NCBI GenBank assembly: GCA_964653485.1
Contig: CAZZFF010000013.1
Location: 1,589-65,588 of the forward strand
DNA: 64,000 bases
Direction of reading: 5' to 3'
From: an uncultured Verrucomicrobiota bacterium
GTDB lineage: Bacteria > Verrucomicrobiota > Verrucomicrobiia > Limisphaerales > UBA8199
A program made the translations under genes and the position numbers. The notes beneath the pieces were generated by a model that did not search any database, had not been told where the DNA came from, and saw only the letters and a list, made by a program, of their open reading frames with translations. This document shows positions 18,608 to 27,707 of the stretch, one piece after another. The stretch's first letter is position 1. Each line of letters opens with the position of its first letter.

Positions 18608-21130
18608 ATGTCGCCCTCGTTTTCCCGGTCTTGCCGGGAGAGGCTTGTGCGCCCGGCGCTGGCGGCGCTTCTTCTGGTCTTCACAACCCAGGCGCGCGCG
18701 GCCGAGGCCCCCGCCGGCGCCACGAACCTGGTGCCGCGCGCTGGCTTGCTGCTGCTCACCGGCGGCCGCCAGGCGCGCAGCCCGTTCCATACCGATGCCG
18801 TCGAGTTGGCCATCGTGACGGAGAAATGGTCCGCGCCCAGGGCCGGGGACACGGTGTCGCTGCCTAACGGCTCCAATGCCACCTGGCAGGCCGCCGGCGC
18901 CAAGGCGGATGGGACGTTCTCCCTGGCAGAAGGGCGGGGGGGCTATCTCTACCTGCCGGTGACTTCCGACCGTGACCAAGCGGCTCTGCTCAAGGCCGCG
19001 GGCCACTCGATGGTCTATGTGAACGGGGAACCGCGTCCCGGGGACCTCTACCGCAACAGCGGTGTCCCGCTGCCGGTCCACCTGCGCCCCGGCACGAATG
19101 ATATGCTCTTCGTCGCCGGGCGAGGAGACATCCGCGTCGAACTTTTCCCGACCGTCAAAGCCATCACGCTGGCGCCGCAAGACACCACGCTGCCGGACCT
19201 TCTCCAAGGGCGTGACAACAACACCTGGGGCGCGGTCATCATCGTCAACGGCACTGCGGCGTCGCTTTCGGGTCTGGCCTTGACCGCCTCGACCCGCCGC
19301 GGCAAATCCACAACGACGCCGGTGCCCGAGGTCCTTCCTTATAGCATCCGGAAGGCCGGCTTTCAAATTCGCGACGACGGCCGGGGCGGCACCAACCGCG
19401 AGTTGTTGACCCTCGTGCTGTCCAAAACGAAACCGGGGCCGCGGCAGGTCCTGGACTCGGTCCAGGTGGACCTTCGTGTCCGCCGGCCCGGCGAGACCTA
19501 CAAACGGACATTCGTCAGCGAGATCGACGGCAGCGTGCAGTATTTTGCCGTCACCCCGGCGTATCCGGTTGACCCGGCGCATCCCGCGCGGGCGCTGGTC
19601 TTGAGCCTTCATGGCGCGAGTGTCGAGGCCCTGGGACAGGCCTCGGCGTATGCCCCGAAGACCTGGGCCCAGATCATCGCTCCCACGAATCGGCGGCCTT
19701 ACGGCTTCGATTGGGAAGACTGGGGACGCCGCGACGCTTTGGAAGTGCTGGACATCGCCCAGCGCGAATTCGGCACCGATCCGGGCCTGACCTATCTCAC
19801 CGGGCATTCCATGGGCGGGCATGGCGCCTGGCAGATCGGGGCGACCTGTCCCGACCGGTTCGCCGCGATCGGTCCCAGTGCCGGTTGGATCAGCTTCTTC
19901 TCGTATGTGGAGGTTCCGCGCAACGAGAGCACCAACGCGGTCCGGCGGCTGCTCCAGAGGGCCGCGACCCCGATGGACACCCTCGTCCTTGCCAGCAACT
20001 ACCTGCACCACGGCATTTACATTCTGCACGGCGAGGCCGATGACAATGTGCCGGTCAGCGAAGCCCGCGCCATGCGCAAGGTGTTGGAGGGGTTCCACAG
20101 CGATTTCAAATACCACGAGCAGCCGGGCGCCGGCCACTGGTGGGGCAACGCCTGCGTCGATTGGCCGCCCCTCTTCGACCTGCTCGCGCATCACCGGATT
20201 CCCGGCGATGAGAGCGTGCATGAGGTCAATTTCACCACCGCCAATCCGGGGGTGTCGGCCTCCTCGCACTGGGCCTTTATCGAGGCCCAGGAGCATCCAT
20301 TGGCGCGCAGCAGCGTTCGTCTCCGCCTGGACCGGGACGCGGGCGGTCTTTCCGGCCGCTTCAGCGGCGCCACGGAGAACGTCGCCCGCCTGGCCTTGAA
20401 GCATCCCGGCTGCCCGCGTGGCGGCACGTTCAATGTGGAACTCGACGGCCAGCAGTTGACCCATATCGCGGTGAGCGCGTCTGAGCCCATGCTTTGGTTT
20501 GCGCGCGAAAGGGGTGTCTGGCGGACCGTCTTCGCCCCCTGTCCCAGCCTGAAGGGTCCGGCACGCTACGGTCCATTCAAGGAGGCTTTCAATCATCGTT
20601 TTCTCATGGTTTACGGGACCCGCGGCACGCCCGAGGAAAACGCCTGGGCCTTGGCCAAGGCCCGGTTTGACGCCGAGAGTTTTTGGTATCGCGGCAATGG
20701 AAGCATCGATGTTCTGCCCGATACCCGCTTCGACCCGAAACGGGAACCGGACCGGGGCGTCATCCTCTACGGAAACGCGGGGAGCAACGGCGCTTGGGAC
20801 CCGTTGCTGCGGGACAGCCCCGTCCAGGTTGCCGCGGGGCGGGTCCGGGTTGGCTCCCGCGAATGGGAGGGGGCGGACCTGGCCTGCCTTTTCCTGCGTC
20901 CTCGTCCGGGCAGCGAGACCGCCTGTGTCGGCGTGGTGAGCGGCTCGGGCCTCGCCGGGATGAAGCTCACCGACCGCGCGCCTTATTTCATTTCCGGCGT
21001 GGCGTTCCCGGATTGCACCGTGTTCGGCCCCGCCGTCCTGGCCAAAGGCGCCGACGCCGTCCTGGCCACGGGGTTCTTTGGGAATGACTGGACGGTGGAG
21101 GGCGGCGACTTCGCGGGGTTGGCCAATTAG
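18608..21130 (+). CDS. Secreted alpha/beta-hydrolase (prolyl oligopeptidase S9 / esterase-type) with large N-terminal domain
   Basis: ORF 18536..21130; the ATG at 18608 precedes the signal peptide (RLVRPALAALLLVFTTQARA). Nucleophile elbow GHSMGG, then HGEADDNVP and GAGHWW consistent with a Ser-Asp-His triad. Start is uncertain (18536, 18560 or 18608). Confidence 0.85.
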   Translation: MSPSFSRSCRERLVRPALAALLLVFTTQARAAEAPAGATNLVPRAGLLLLTGGRQARSPFHTDAVELAIVTEKWSAPRAGDTVSLPNGSNATWQAAGAKADGTFSLAEGRGGYLYLPVTSDRDQAALLKAAGHSMVYVNGEPRPGDLYRNSGVPLPVHLRPGTNDMLFVAGRGDIRVELFPTVKAITLAPQDTTLPDLLQGRDNNTWGAVIIVNGTAASLSGLALTASTRRGKSTTTPVPEVLPYSIRKAGFQIRDDGRGGTNRELLTLVLSKTKPGPRQVLDSVQVDLRVRRPGETYKRTFVSEIDGSVQYFAVTPAYPVDPAHPARALVLSLHGASVEALGQASAYAPKTWAQIIAPTNRRPYGFDWEDWGRRDALEVLDIAQREFGTDPGLTYLTGHSMGGHGAWQIGATCPDRFAAIGPSAGWISFFSYVEVPRNESTNAVRRLLQRAATPMDTLVLASNYLHHGIYILHGEADDNVPVSEARAMRKVLEGFHSDFKYHEQPGAGHWWGNACVDWPPLFDLLAHHRIPGDESVHEVNFTTANPGVSASSHWAFIEAQEHPLARSSVRLRLDRDAGGLSGRFSGATENVARLALKHPGCPRGGTFNVELDGQQLTHIAVSASEPMLWFARERGVWRTVFAPCPSLKGPARYGPFKEAFNHRFLMVYGTRGTPEENAWALAKARFDAESFWYRGNGSIDVLPDTRFDPKREPDRGVILYGNAGSNGAWDPLLRDSPVQVAAGRVRVGSREWEGADLACLFLRPRPGSETACVGVVSGSGLAGMKLTDRAPYFISGVAFPDCTVFGPAVLAKGADAVLATGFFGNDWTVEGGDFAGLAN

Positions 21131-21214
21131 GCGTCGCGAAGTGGCCGTTGCACTCCGGTTTGCGATTTGACTGGCCGCCATCCTCGGAAAAATGGAATAT
21201 GCACGGAAAAGAAT

Positions 21215-22585
21215 ATGAACCGCCGAAGATTCCTACGAACGAGCGGCCTCGGATGCGCCGCGATAGCGTTGACCCAATTCCCAGCGTTTTCCGCCGAGCT
21301 GGCCGACCAGAAAAAAAGGGTCGGGCTGATCGGCAGCGGATGGTATGGCAAAGTGGATTTGCTGCGCCTCATCCAGGTAGCCCCCGTCGAGGTGGTGTCG
21401 ATATGCGACGTGGACAAACGGATGGTGGCCGAGGCTGTCGACATCGTGGCGGAGCGGCAGCTATCGAAGAAGCGACCGCGTGCCTACGGCGATTACCGTG
21501 AAATGCTCAAAGAGAAGGATCTGGATGTGGTGCTGATCGCCACGCCCGACCACTGGCATGCGTTGGCAATGCTCGAGGCGGCGCAAGCGGGGGCCGACAT
21601 CTATGTGCAGAAGCCGATCGGGGTGGATGTGATGGAATGCCAGGCCATGCTGGCGGCGGCGCGCAAGCACGGCCGCGTGGTCCAGGTGGGCATGCAACGC
21701 CGCAGCACGCCGCATTTGTTCGAGGCGCGCGAACTGATCGAGGAAGGCCGTTTGGGCCGGATTGGGCTCGTGGAGACCTATTGCTACGGCCGGCGCGGCA
21801 TCAGCAACCCGCCCGACCAGGCGCCACCGGGGAACTTGGACTACGAGATGTGGACAGGCCCGGCGCCGATGCGCCCCTTCAACGCCGGCATTCATCCCCG
21901 TAGTTGGCGCGATTACATGGAGTATGGCAATGGCACGATCGGGGACATGGGCGTTCACATGGTTGACATGGTGCGCTGGATGATGGGCCTGGGCTGGCCC
22001 AAAAGGATTTCCTCCACCGGCGGCAACTATTTCCACAAGGAGGGCAAGCCGAATATCCCCGACATGCAGAATGCCATTTTCGACTACGGCGACTTGCAGG
22101 TGACCTGGCAGCACCGGCATTTCGGGGGGAACCCGGACCCGCAATACTGGTGGGGGGCCAATTTCTATGGAGAAAAAGCGACGCTCAAGGCGAGCGTCTT
22201 CATGTTTGACTTTATCCCGCTGGACGGGGGAGCTCCCATTCACCGGGAGTGGAATGACCCCAAGGCCAAATACCCGGTCGATAGCGATCAGTATCCGGAA
22301 GACAAGACGGAGAGGGGCATCGAGTATCATGTCGCCCCGGCCATCCGCGGGCACATGAAGGACCTCCTGCAATGCACCGCCAGCCGGGGGCGCCCCCGGG
22401 CGGACATCGCCGAGGGAAGCACGTCCACGAGCATGTGCGTGCTCGCCAACCTCTCGCTGCAATTGAAGCGGAGCCTGGCCTGGGATGAAGCCAAAGGCCA
22501 GGTCGCGGGTGACGAGGAGGCCAATCGGCTGCTGGCGCGCCCCTACAGAGCGCCTTGGCGCCATCCAACGCCCGAGCAGGTCTAG
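21215..22585 (+). CDS. Gfo/Idh/MocA family oxidoreductase with twin-arginine signal
   Basis: ATG at 21215 gives MNRRRFLRTSGLGCAAIALTQFPAFSA. The Rossmann start is RVGLIGSGWYG and the family core includes IYVQKPI. Confidence 0.9.
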   Translation: MNRRRFLRTSGLGCAAIALTQFPAFSAELADQKKRVGLIGSGWYGKVDLLRLIQVAPVEVVSICDVDKRMVAEAVDIVAERQLSKKRPRAYGDYREMLKEKDLDVVLIATPDHWHALAMLEAAQAGADIYVQKPIGVDVMECQAMLAAARKHGRVVQVGMQRRSTPHLFEARELIEEGRLGRIGLVETYCYGRRGISNPPDQAPPGNLDYEMWTGPAPMRPFNAGIHPRSWRDYMEYGNGTIGDMGVHMVDMVRWMMGLGWPKRISSTGGNYFHKEGKPNIPDMQNAIFDYGDLQVTWQHRHFGGNPDPQYWWGANFYGEKATLKASVFMFDFIPLDGGAPIHREWNDPKAKYPVDSDQYPEDKTERGIEYHVAPAIRGHMKDLLQCTASRGRPRADIAEGSTSTSMCVLANLSLQLKRSLAWDEAKGQVAGDEEANRLLARPYRAPWRHPTPEQV

Positions 22586-22727
22586 AAGCCGGGACACCGG
22601 CGACCTGAATGTGCCCCGGGCCACGGACCCGCAGGCGCAACGGGACCGCGCTTACATTGCCGGCAGAACGGATCGACCTGTAACGGTCCCGCCGACTCTC
22701 GCTTCCCCCAGTTTGGGCCTATCACAA

Positions 22728-23981
22728 ATGCAGCCACAGCAGCTTGAAGTCCCGGCGGCAACCGGTCCCATCCGGCCGGAACCTACCCTCTATGCGGTTC
22801 TCCTGGCCGTCAGTTTCTCGCATCTGCTCAATGACACCATTCAGTCCCTAATTCCCTCACTCTATCCCTCGGTGAAGGAGATGTTCCACCTGACCTTCAC
22901 CCAGGTGGGCTTGATTACGCTCACGTTTCAACTGACCGCCTCGCTGCTGCAGCCGCTGGTCGGCTTTTATACGGACCGCCGGCCAATGCCCTTTTCCCTC
23001 GCCATTGGCATGGGCTTTACCCTGGTGGGGCTGGTGGTCCTGTCGGTGGCCTGGAATTTCCCGCTCCTGCTGTTGGCGGTTGGCCTTGTGGGCCTGGGGT
23101 CGGCGGTCTTCCACCCGGAGGCTTCACGGTTGGCGCATTTGGCTTCCGGTGGGCGGCGCGGGTTGGCGCAGTCGCTCTTCCAGGTCGGCGGCAATGCCGG
23201 GGCCTCGCTTGGCCCCCTGTTGGCCGCCGTGGTCATCGCGCGCAGGGGACAATCACGGGTGCTCTGGTTCTCGCTGGCTGCCATGGCGGGGATCGTCATT
23301 CTCTGGCGCCTGGGGAGGTGGTACGAGGACCACGCGCTCGAAAGGCAACGACATCATCAGGACACGAGACGCGAGCCTGCCACCGGCTTGCCGCGGCGGA
23401 AGGTGGTCTTTTCGCTGGCCATCCTGATGGTGCTGCTCTTCTCGAAGTACTTCTATCTGGCGAGCTTGACCAGTTACTACACATTCTACCTGATCGCCAA
23501 ATTCCATCTGTCGATCCAAAATGCGCAGGTCCATCTGTTCCTGTTCTTGTTTTCCGTGGCGACGGGGGCATTGATCGGCGGGCCGGTGGGCGACCGTGTC
23601 GGCCGCAAGTACGTCATCTGGGTCTCGATTCTTGGCGTGGCGCCTTTCACGCTGTTGCTGCCCCATGCCGGCCTGGTCTGGACGGGAATTCTCACGGTGT
23701 TTATCGGGCTGATTTTGTCCTCGGCCTTCTCGGCCATCCTGGTTTATGCCCAGGAGTTGGTTCCGGGGCGGGTCGGCATGATCTCCGGCCTGTTTTTCGG
23801 CCTTGCGTTTGGGTTGGGTGGCATCGGTTCGGCCGTGTTGGGCCGGCTGGCGGACCATACCAGCATTTATTTCGTGTTCCGTGTCTGCTCGTTTCTCCCC
23901 TTGCTCGGCATCTGCGCCGGCCTTCTTCCGGATTTGAATGGCCGGAGGCAGGCCGAAGCGCCCGGCCTGGGACACCGATAA
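22728..23981 (+). CDS. MFS transporter (Fsr / fosmidomycin-resistance-like subfamily)
   Basis: ATG at 22728. About 12 predicted TM segments. The N-terminal motif LLAVSFSHLLNDTIQSLIPSLYP is typical of the Fsr-like MFS group. Confidence 0.85.
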   Translation: MQPQQLEVPAATGPIRPEPTLYAVLLAVSFSHLLNDTIQSLIPSLYPSVKEMFHLTFTQVGLITLTFQLTASLLQPLVGFYTDRRPMPFSLAIGMGFTLVGLVVLSVAWNFPLLLLAVGLVGLGSAVFHPEASRLAHLASGGRRGLAQSLFQVGGNAGASLGPLLAAVVIARRGQSRVLWFSLAAMAGIVILWRLGRWYEDHALERQRHHQDTRREPATGLPRRKVVFSLAILMVLLFSKYFYLASLTSYYTFYLIAKFHLSIQNAQVHLFLFLFSVATGALIGGPVGDRVGRKYVIWVSILGVAPFTLLLPHAGLVWTGILTVFIGLILSSAFSAILVYAQELVPGRVGMISGLFFGLAFGLGGIGSAVLGRLADHTSIYFVFRVCSFLPLLGICAGLLPDLNGRRQAEAPGLGHR

Positions 23982-24316
23982 GTTTGGCAGATTTTCCCCG
24001 TCACCGGGTTCTTACTGGTAGAACGATGACGACGGACAGCCAACAACTGCTTTCGGGGCGGTCTCTCTGGATGAAAATGAGGGCAAGGTCAATGCGGACA
24101 CCTCCCTGCAGAACATCGATAAACTCGAAAGGCTGATAAAGTCTTGGAGCGATCAGGATAGGACGGCCGTCCCGGAGGACTTGTGCCCGGTTTGCGAGCA
24201 GAAGTCCATCGTCGTGGGTGAAGGCAAAGACGAACGTCGCGAAGTTCGGATTTGGCCCCTCCCTTTTTCAAATCGCTTGAGGGGAACGCGGCTTGGCGGC
24301 GTATTAACACACGGTG

Positions 24317-25744
24317 ATGGAAAAAACGAACAGTCCTGGGCCGAATCGCGTCTTGCACGCGAGCGCCGTTGTTGCTGTGGTCTTGCTGCTGGCAGGCTGC
24401 AAAGGCTTCCCGACCCAGAGCGAAAAGGAGGCTCGCGGCCAGGCTCAAACCGTCGCCTCAGCTTATCGGCCGCATGAGCAAGAGCCCGCGCTGCCGGTCC
24501 TGACGGCCGCTTCGAGCCTCAGCAATTATCTCAGCTACGCGCTGCTCAACCAGCCGAAGGTTGAGGCTGCTTATTACAACTGGAGCGCATCCATCGAACG
24601 GATCACGCAGGCGCGGTCGTTCCCCGACCCGCAGTTCACTTTTCAGATGGATATTCAGAACGTCGTGACTTCGATCATGCCCGGGCTGATGGGGACCATT
24701 CCCTGGCCCGAGAAACTTCGGGTTGGAGCGAACATCGCCTCGGACGAAAGCCAGTCCAAGTACTTTGCTTTTCAGGCCGCCGTCCTGGAGAGCGCTTTCG
24801 AGGTAAAACGCACGTATTACCAACTTCATTTCTTGGAGGAGAAAATCCGCGTCAATCAGGACACACTGAAGCTGCTATCCGACCTGGAGAAGCTCGCCCG
24901 GACCCAGAACGAGGTGGGTAAGGTAACGCTGCAAGACGTGCTGCGCGCGCAAATCGAGCAGGACCGGCTCAAGACCGAGATTGCCAACTTGGAGGACGCG
25001 CGCAACTCGCTCCAAGCCCAGTTCAAAGCCGCGCTGGGTCTGGGAGCCGATGCTCCAACGCCCCCAATCCCCCTTCAATTCGAATCCACGACCCTGGACC
25101 TTACGGCGGACGACCTGTTCGATAAGGCTCTCGCACAGAATGCGCGCCTCAAAGCCATGGAAGCCGACGTGCGCGCCGCGGAAGCCAGCATGATCCTCGC
25201 GCGGAAGGCGCGTCTGCCGGATTTCAGCCTGGGGTTCATGGCCGACGTGAAGGCGAATCCGACTCTTTACCGTCTGCCCGGCGGGCCGGGCGCGGTCTCG
25301 CTCCCCATCTGGCGCGATAAAATCGCGGCACAAATTGCCGAGGCCCTGGCCAACAAACGTTCGGCCCAGGCGCAACTGTCGGACGAGCAGATTGCGCTCG
25401 CGGTGGATTTCGCCGAAAGATCGTTCCTTTACCGCGAGGCGACCCGCAATCTGGCGCTCTTGAATGACCAACTCCTGCCCAAGGCGCGGCAATCGCTGGA
25501 AGTGGCCCGGTCCGGTTACCTGGGGGGCCAGATCGACTTTTTTAACCTGACCGACGCCGAACGAACTCTGCTTGAGTTCAAGTTGGATAAGGTCGAAGCG
25601 ACCCTGCAGCGCGAAATCGTTCTGGCGGAACTGTCTCTGATCATTCGGGGCATGCCGCCGGCGAATGTTGCGATGGATTCCAAGACCTCCGGGATGCCCC
25701 GCGGCAACGCTTCCGCCCCCAAGAAAATGGGCGGAGGAATGTAA
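24317..25744 (+). CDS. cusC: TolC-family outer-membrane efflux lipoprotein (CusC-like)
   Basis: Lipobox VVLLLAGC. Two OEP-type repeats with long coiled coils. First gene of an OMF-MFP-RND operon with the cusBA homologues. Confidence 0.85.
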   Translation: MEKTNSPGPNRVLHASAVVAVVLLLAGCKGFPTQSEKEARGQAQTVASAYRPHEQEPALPVLTAASSLSNYLSYALLNQPKVEAAYYNWSASIERITQARSFPDPQFTFQMDIQNVVTSIMPGLMGTIPWPEKLRVGANIASDESQSKYFAFQAAVLESAFEVKRTYYQLHFLEEKIRVNQDTLKLLSDLEKLARTQNEVGKVTLQDVLRAQIEQDRLKTEIANLEDARNSLQAQFKAALGLGADAPTPPIPLQFESTTLDLTADDLFDKALAQNARLKAMEADVRAAEASMILARKARLPDFSLGFMADVKANPTLYRLPGGPGAVSLPIWRDKIAAQIAEALANKRSAQAQLSDEQIALAVDFAERSFLYREATRNLALLNDQLLPKARQSLEVARSGYLGGQIDFFNLTDAERTLLEFKLDKVEATLQREIVLAELSLIIRGMPPANVAMDSKTSGMPRGNASAPKKMGGGM

Positions 25745-25768
25745 GTTGCGCATGAACGACTTGCTTTT

Positions 25769-27694
25769 ATGAAACTCGCGGCTCTTTTCATTGCGACCGT
25801 CTTGGTTGCGGGCGGCGCCGGCCTGTTGCTGACCGGGTGCGGTCCCGCTCATACTTCTGCATCGAGCGCTGACTCACCCAAGACACTCTACACCTGCGGC
25901 ATGCACCCGCAGGTCGTCCAGGACAAACCGGGCAACTGTCCCATCTGCGGCATGAAACTCACCCCCATCCGCAAACAAGCCGAACCCGCGAAAGGCGGGT
26001 CAAGCGCCTCATCAGGCGAGCGCAAAATCAAATACTACAAATCCACCATGATGCCGGGCGAGGTGAGGCAGGCGCCGGGCAAGGATACGATGGGCATGGA
26101 CATGGTCCCGGTCTATGAGGATGAGGCCGCAGCGGCGGCTTCGCAGGCTATCGAGATCGACCCGGTAACCACCCAGACCATGGGCATCCGCACCGCGACG
26201 GTCACGCGAGGGGCGCTGCGCCGGACCATTCGCACGGTGGGCGCCATTGACTACAACGAAACCGCTTTGGAGGACGTGACGACCAAGTTCAAAGGGTGGA
26301 TCGAGAAACTCTACGTGGATGCCACCGGCCAGCAGGTTCATCGCGGCGACCCGTTGTTCGATATTTATTCGCCGGAGCTTTACAGCGCTCAGCGCGAGTA
26401 CTCGCTCGCCCTGGAGCAGGGAACCAATGCCTCCGGCGGCTCCTCGCTCAGAGTAAGCGCCCTCACCAAGCTGCAGTTTTTCGACATCTCGGCCGGGCAA
26501 ATCGCCGAATTGGAGCGCACCGGCCAGCCGACCAAAACCATGCGCATCGTGGCGCCGATGGACGGTGTTGTGGTCGAGAAGATGGTGGTGCAGGGTCAGA
26601 TGGTGGACCCGGGAATGAAACTCTACCGGTTGGCGGACCTGGGGCTGGTGTGGGTGCAAGCCCAAATCTACGAGCAAGACCTGGCCTATGTGAAGTTGGG
26701 CCAGGAAGCCACCGTTACCCTCTCCTACCTCCCGGATCGTGAGTTCCGCGGGCGGGTGACCTATGTTTATCCGGACGTTGACGAGAAAACACGCACGGCG
26801 CGCGTGAGGATGGAGTTCCACAATCCAGGGTTCTTCTTGAAGCCGGGCATGTTCGCGACGGTCCTGGTCTCCGCCGAGTTGGAGCCCTCCGTCCTGTTGG
26901 TGCCCGATATGGCTGTTTTACGCAGCGGCGAGAAGAACACTGTCTTCGTCGCATTGGCGGAGGGCAAGTTCGAGCCACGGACCGTCACCCTGGGGCCACA
27001 GGCCGAGAACGATATGTACCAGGTCATCAGCGGCCTCAAGGAAGGCGAACGGATCGTTACGTCTGGACAGTTCATGCTGGATTCAGAAAGCCAGCTCCGC
27101 GAAGCGATCCAGAAAATGCTGGAGCCGAAAAGGTCCGGTGAGGCTGAGCCGGGCAAGAATGGCGGTCGCGAGGGCATGGCTGGCGGCCACGAAGCCACGA
27201 AAGAGGCGGCCTCCGCGGATGAAACGGCCCTCAAGTACATCTGCCCGATGCCGGAGCATGTCTCCATCCAATACGATCATCCCGGCAAGTGCTCCATCTG
27301 CGGCATGACGCTTGTGCCGGTGTCGGCCGCGGCATTGCGGCAACTGCAGCCTGGCGGCCAACTGCTTTATTACACCTGCCCGATGCCCGAACACAGCGAC
27401 GTCCGCTCCGATAAACCGGGCAAGTGCCCCAAGTGCGGCATGACGTTGATTCCCGTGCTGCAGGCGCCACCCCTCTCGAAACCCGCCACGAACCAGGCCA
27501 GCGACCAGAAAGCCCAAGCGCTGCCCGCCACCCTTTATACCTGCCCCATGGCGGCCCATGCCAACGTCGTGTCTGACAAGCCTGGGAAATGTCCGAAATG
27601 CGGGGTGGACCTGGTGCCCGCCAGCACGGTCCCCCACGGCAAGATCGCGGAAGAGAACTGGCGCAAGGCGCACGCGGCCGAACCTCAGCAATGA
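25769..27694 (+). CDS. cusB: Efflux RND periplasmic adaptor (CusB-like) with four CxxC heavy-metal-binding modules
   Basis: Lipobox LLLTGC. The MFP core includes [20 protein letters not shown]. One N-terminal module ([24 protein letters not shown]) and three C-terminal modules ([54 protein letters not shown]). Confidence 0.9.
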   Translation: MKLAALFIATVLVAGGAGLLLTGCGPAHTSASSADSPKTLYTCGMHPQVVQDKPGNCPICGMKLTPIRKQAEPAKGGSSASSGERKIKYYKSTMMPGEVRQAPGKDTMGMDMVPVYEDEAAAAASQAIEIDPVTTQTMGIRTATVTRGALRRTIRTVGAIDYNETALEDVTTKFKGWIEKLYVDATGQQVHRGDPLFDIYSPELYSAQREYSLALEQGTNASGGSSLRVSALTKLQFFDISAGQIAELERTGQPTKTMRIVAPMDGVVVEKMVVQGQMVDPGMKLYRLADLGLVWVQAQIYEQDLAYVKLGQEATVTLSYLPDREFRGRVTYVYPDVDEKTRTARVRMEFHNPGFFLKPGMFATVLVSAELEPSVLLVPDMAVLRSGEKNTVFVALAEGKFEPRTVTLGPQAENDMYQVISGLKEGERIVTSGQFMLDSESQLREAIQKMLEPKRSGEAEPGKNGGREGMAGGHEATKEAASADETALKYICPMPEHVSIQYDHPGKCSICGMTLVPVSAAALRQLQPGGQLLYYTCPMPEHSDVRSDKPGKCPKCGMTLIPVLQAPPLSKPATNQASDQKAQALPATLYTCPMAAHANVVSDKPGKCPKCGVDLVPASTVPHGKIAEENWRKAHAAEPQQ

Positions 27695-27707
27695 GCGTTC
27701 AAATGCC

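Noticed and set aside
18554-21181. Very long antisense ORFs opposite real genes. Examples: 875 aa opposite the 864-aa hydrolase ORF; also 717..1880(-), 2784..4220(+), 9132..11330(+), 21461..22624(-), 40672..41922(+) and 57090..59267(+).
   Set aside because: They have Arg/Gly/Ala/Pro-rich junk-like composition and no motifs, and each lies in the frame opposite a gene with clear family signatures. Stop-codon-poor shadow frames are expected in high-GC DNA.
24022-24316. Start-less open frame upstream of cusC (…DENEGKVNADTSLQNIDKLERLIKSWSDQDRTAVPEDLCPVCEQKS…); the ORF track calls part of it from a TTG start.
   Set aside because: It has no ATG or GTG start with a sensible N-terminus, no family match that I recognise, and it runs into the cusC start. 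It is treated as promoter/leader sequence or a decayed remnant.
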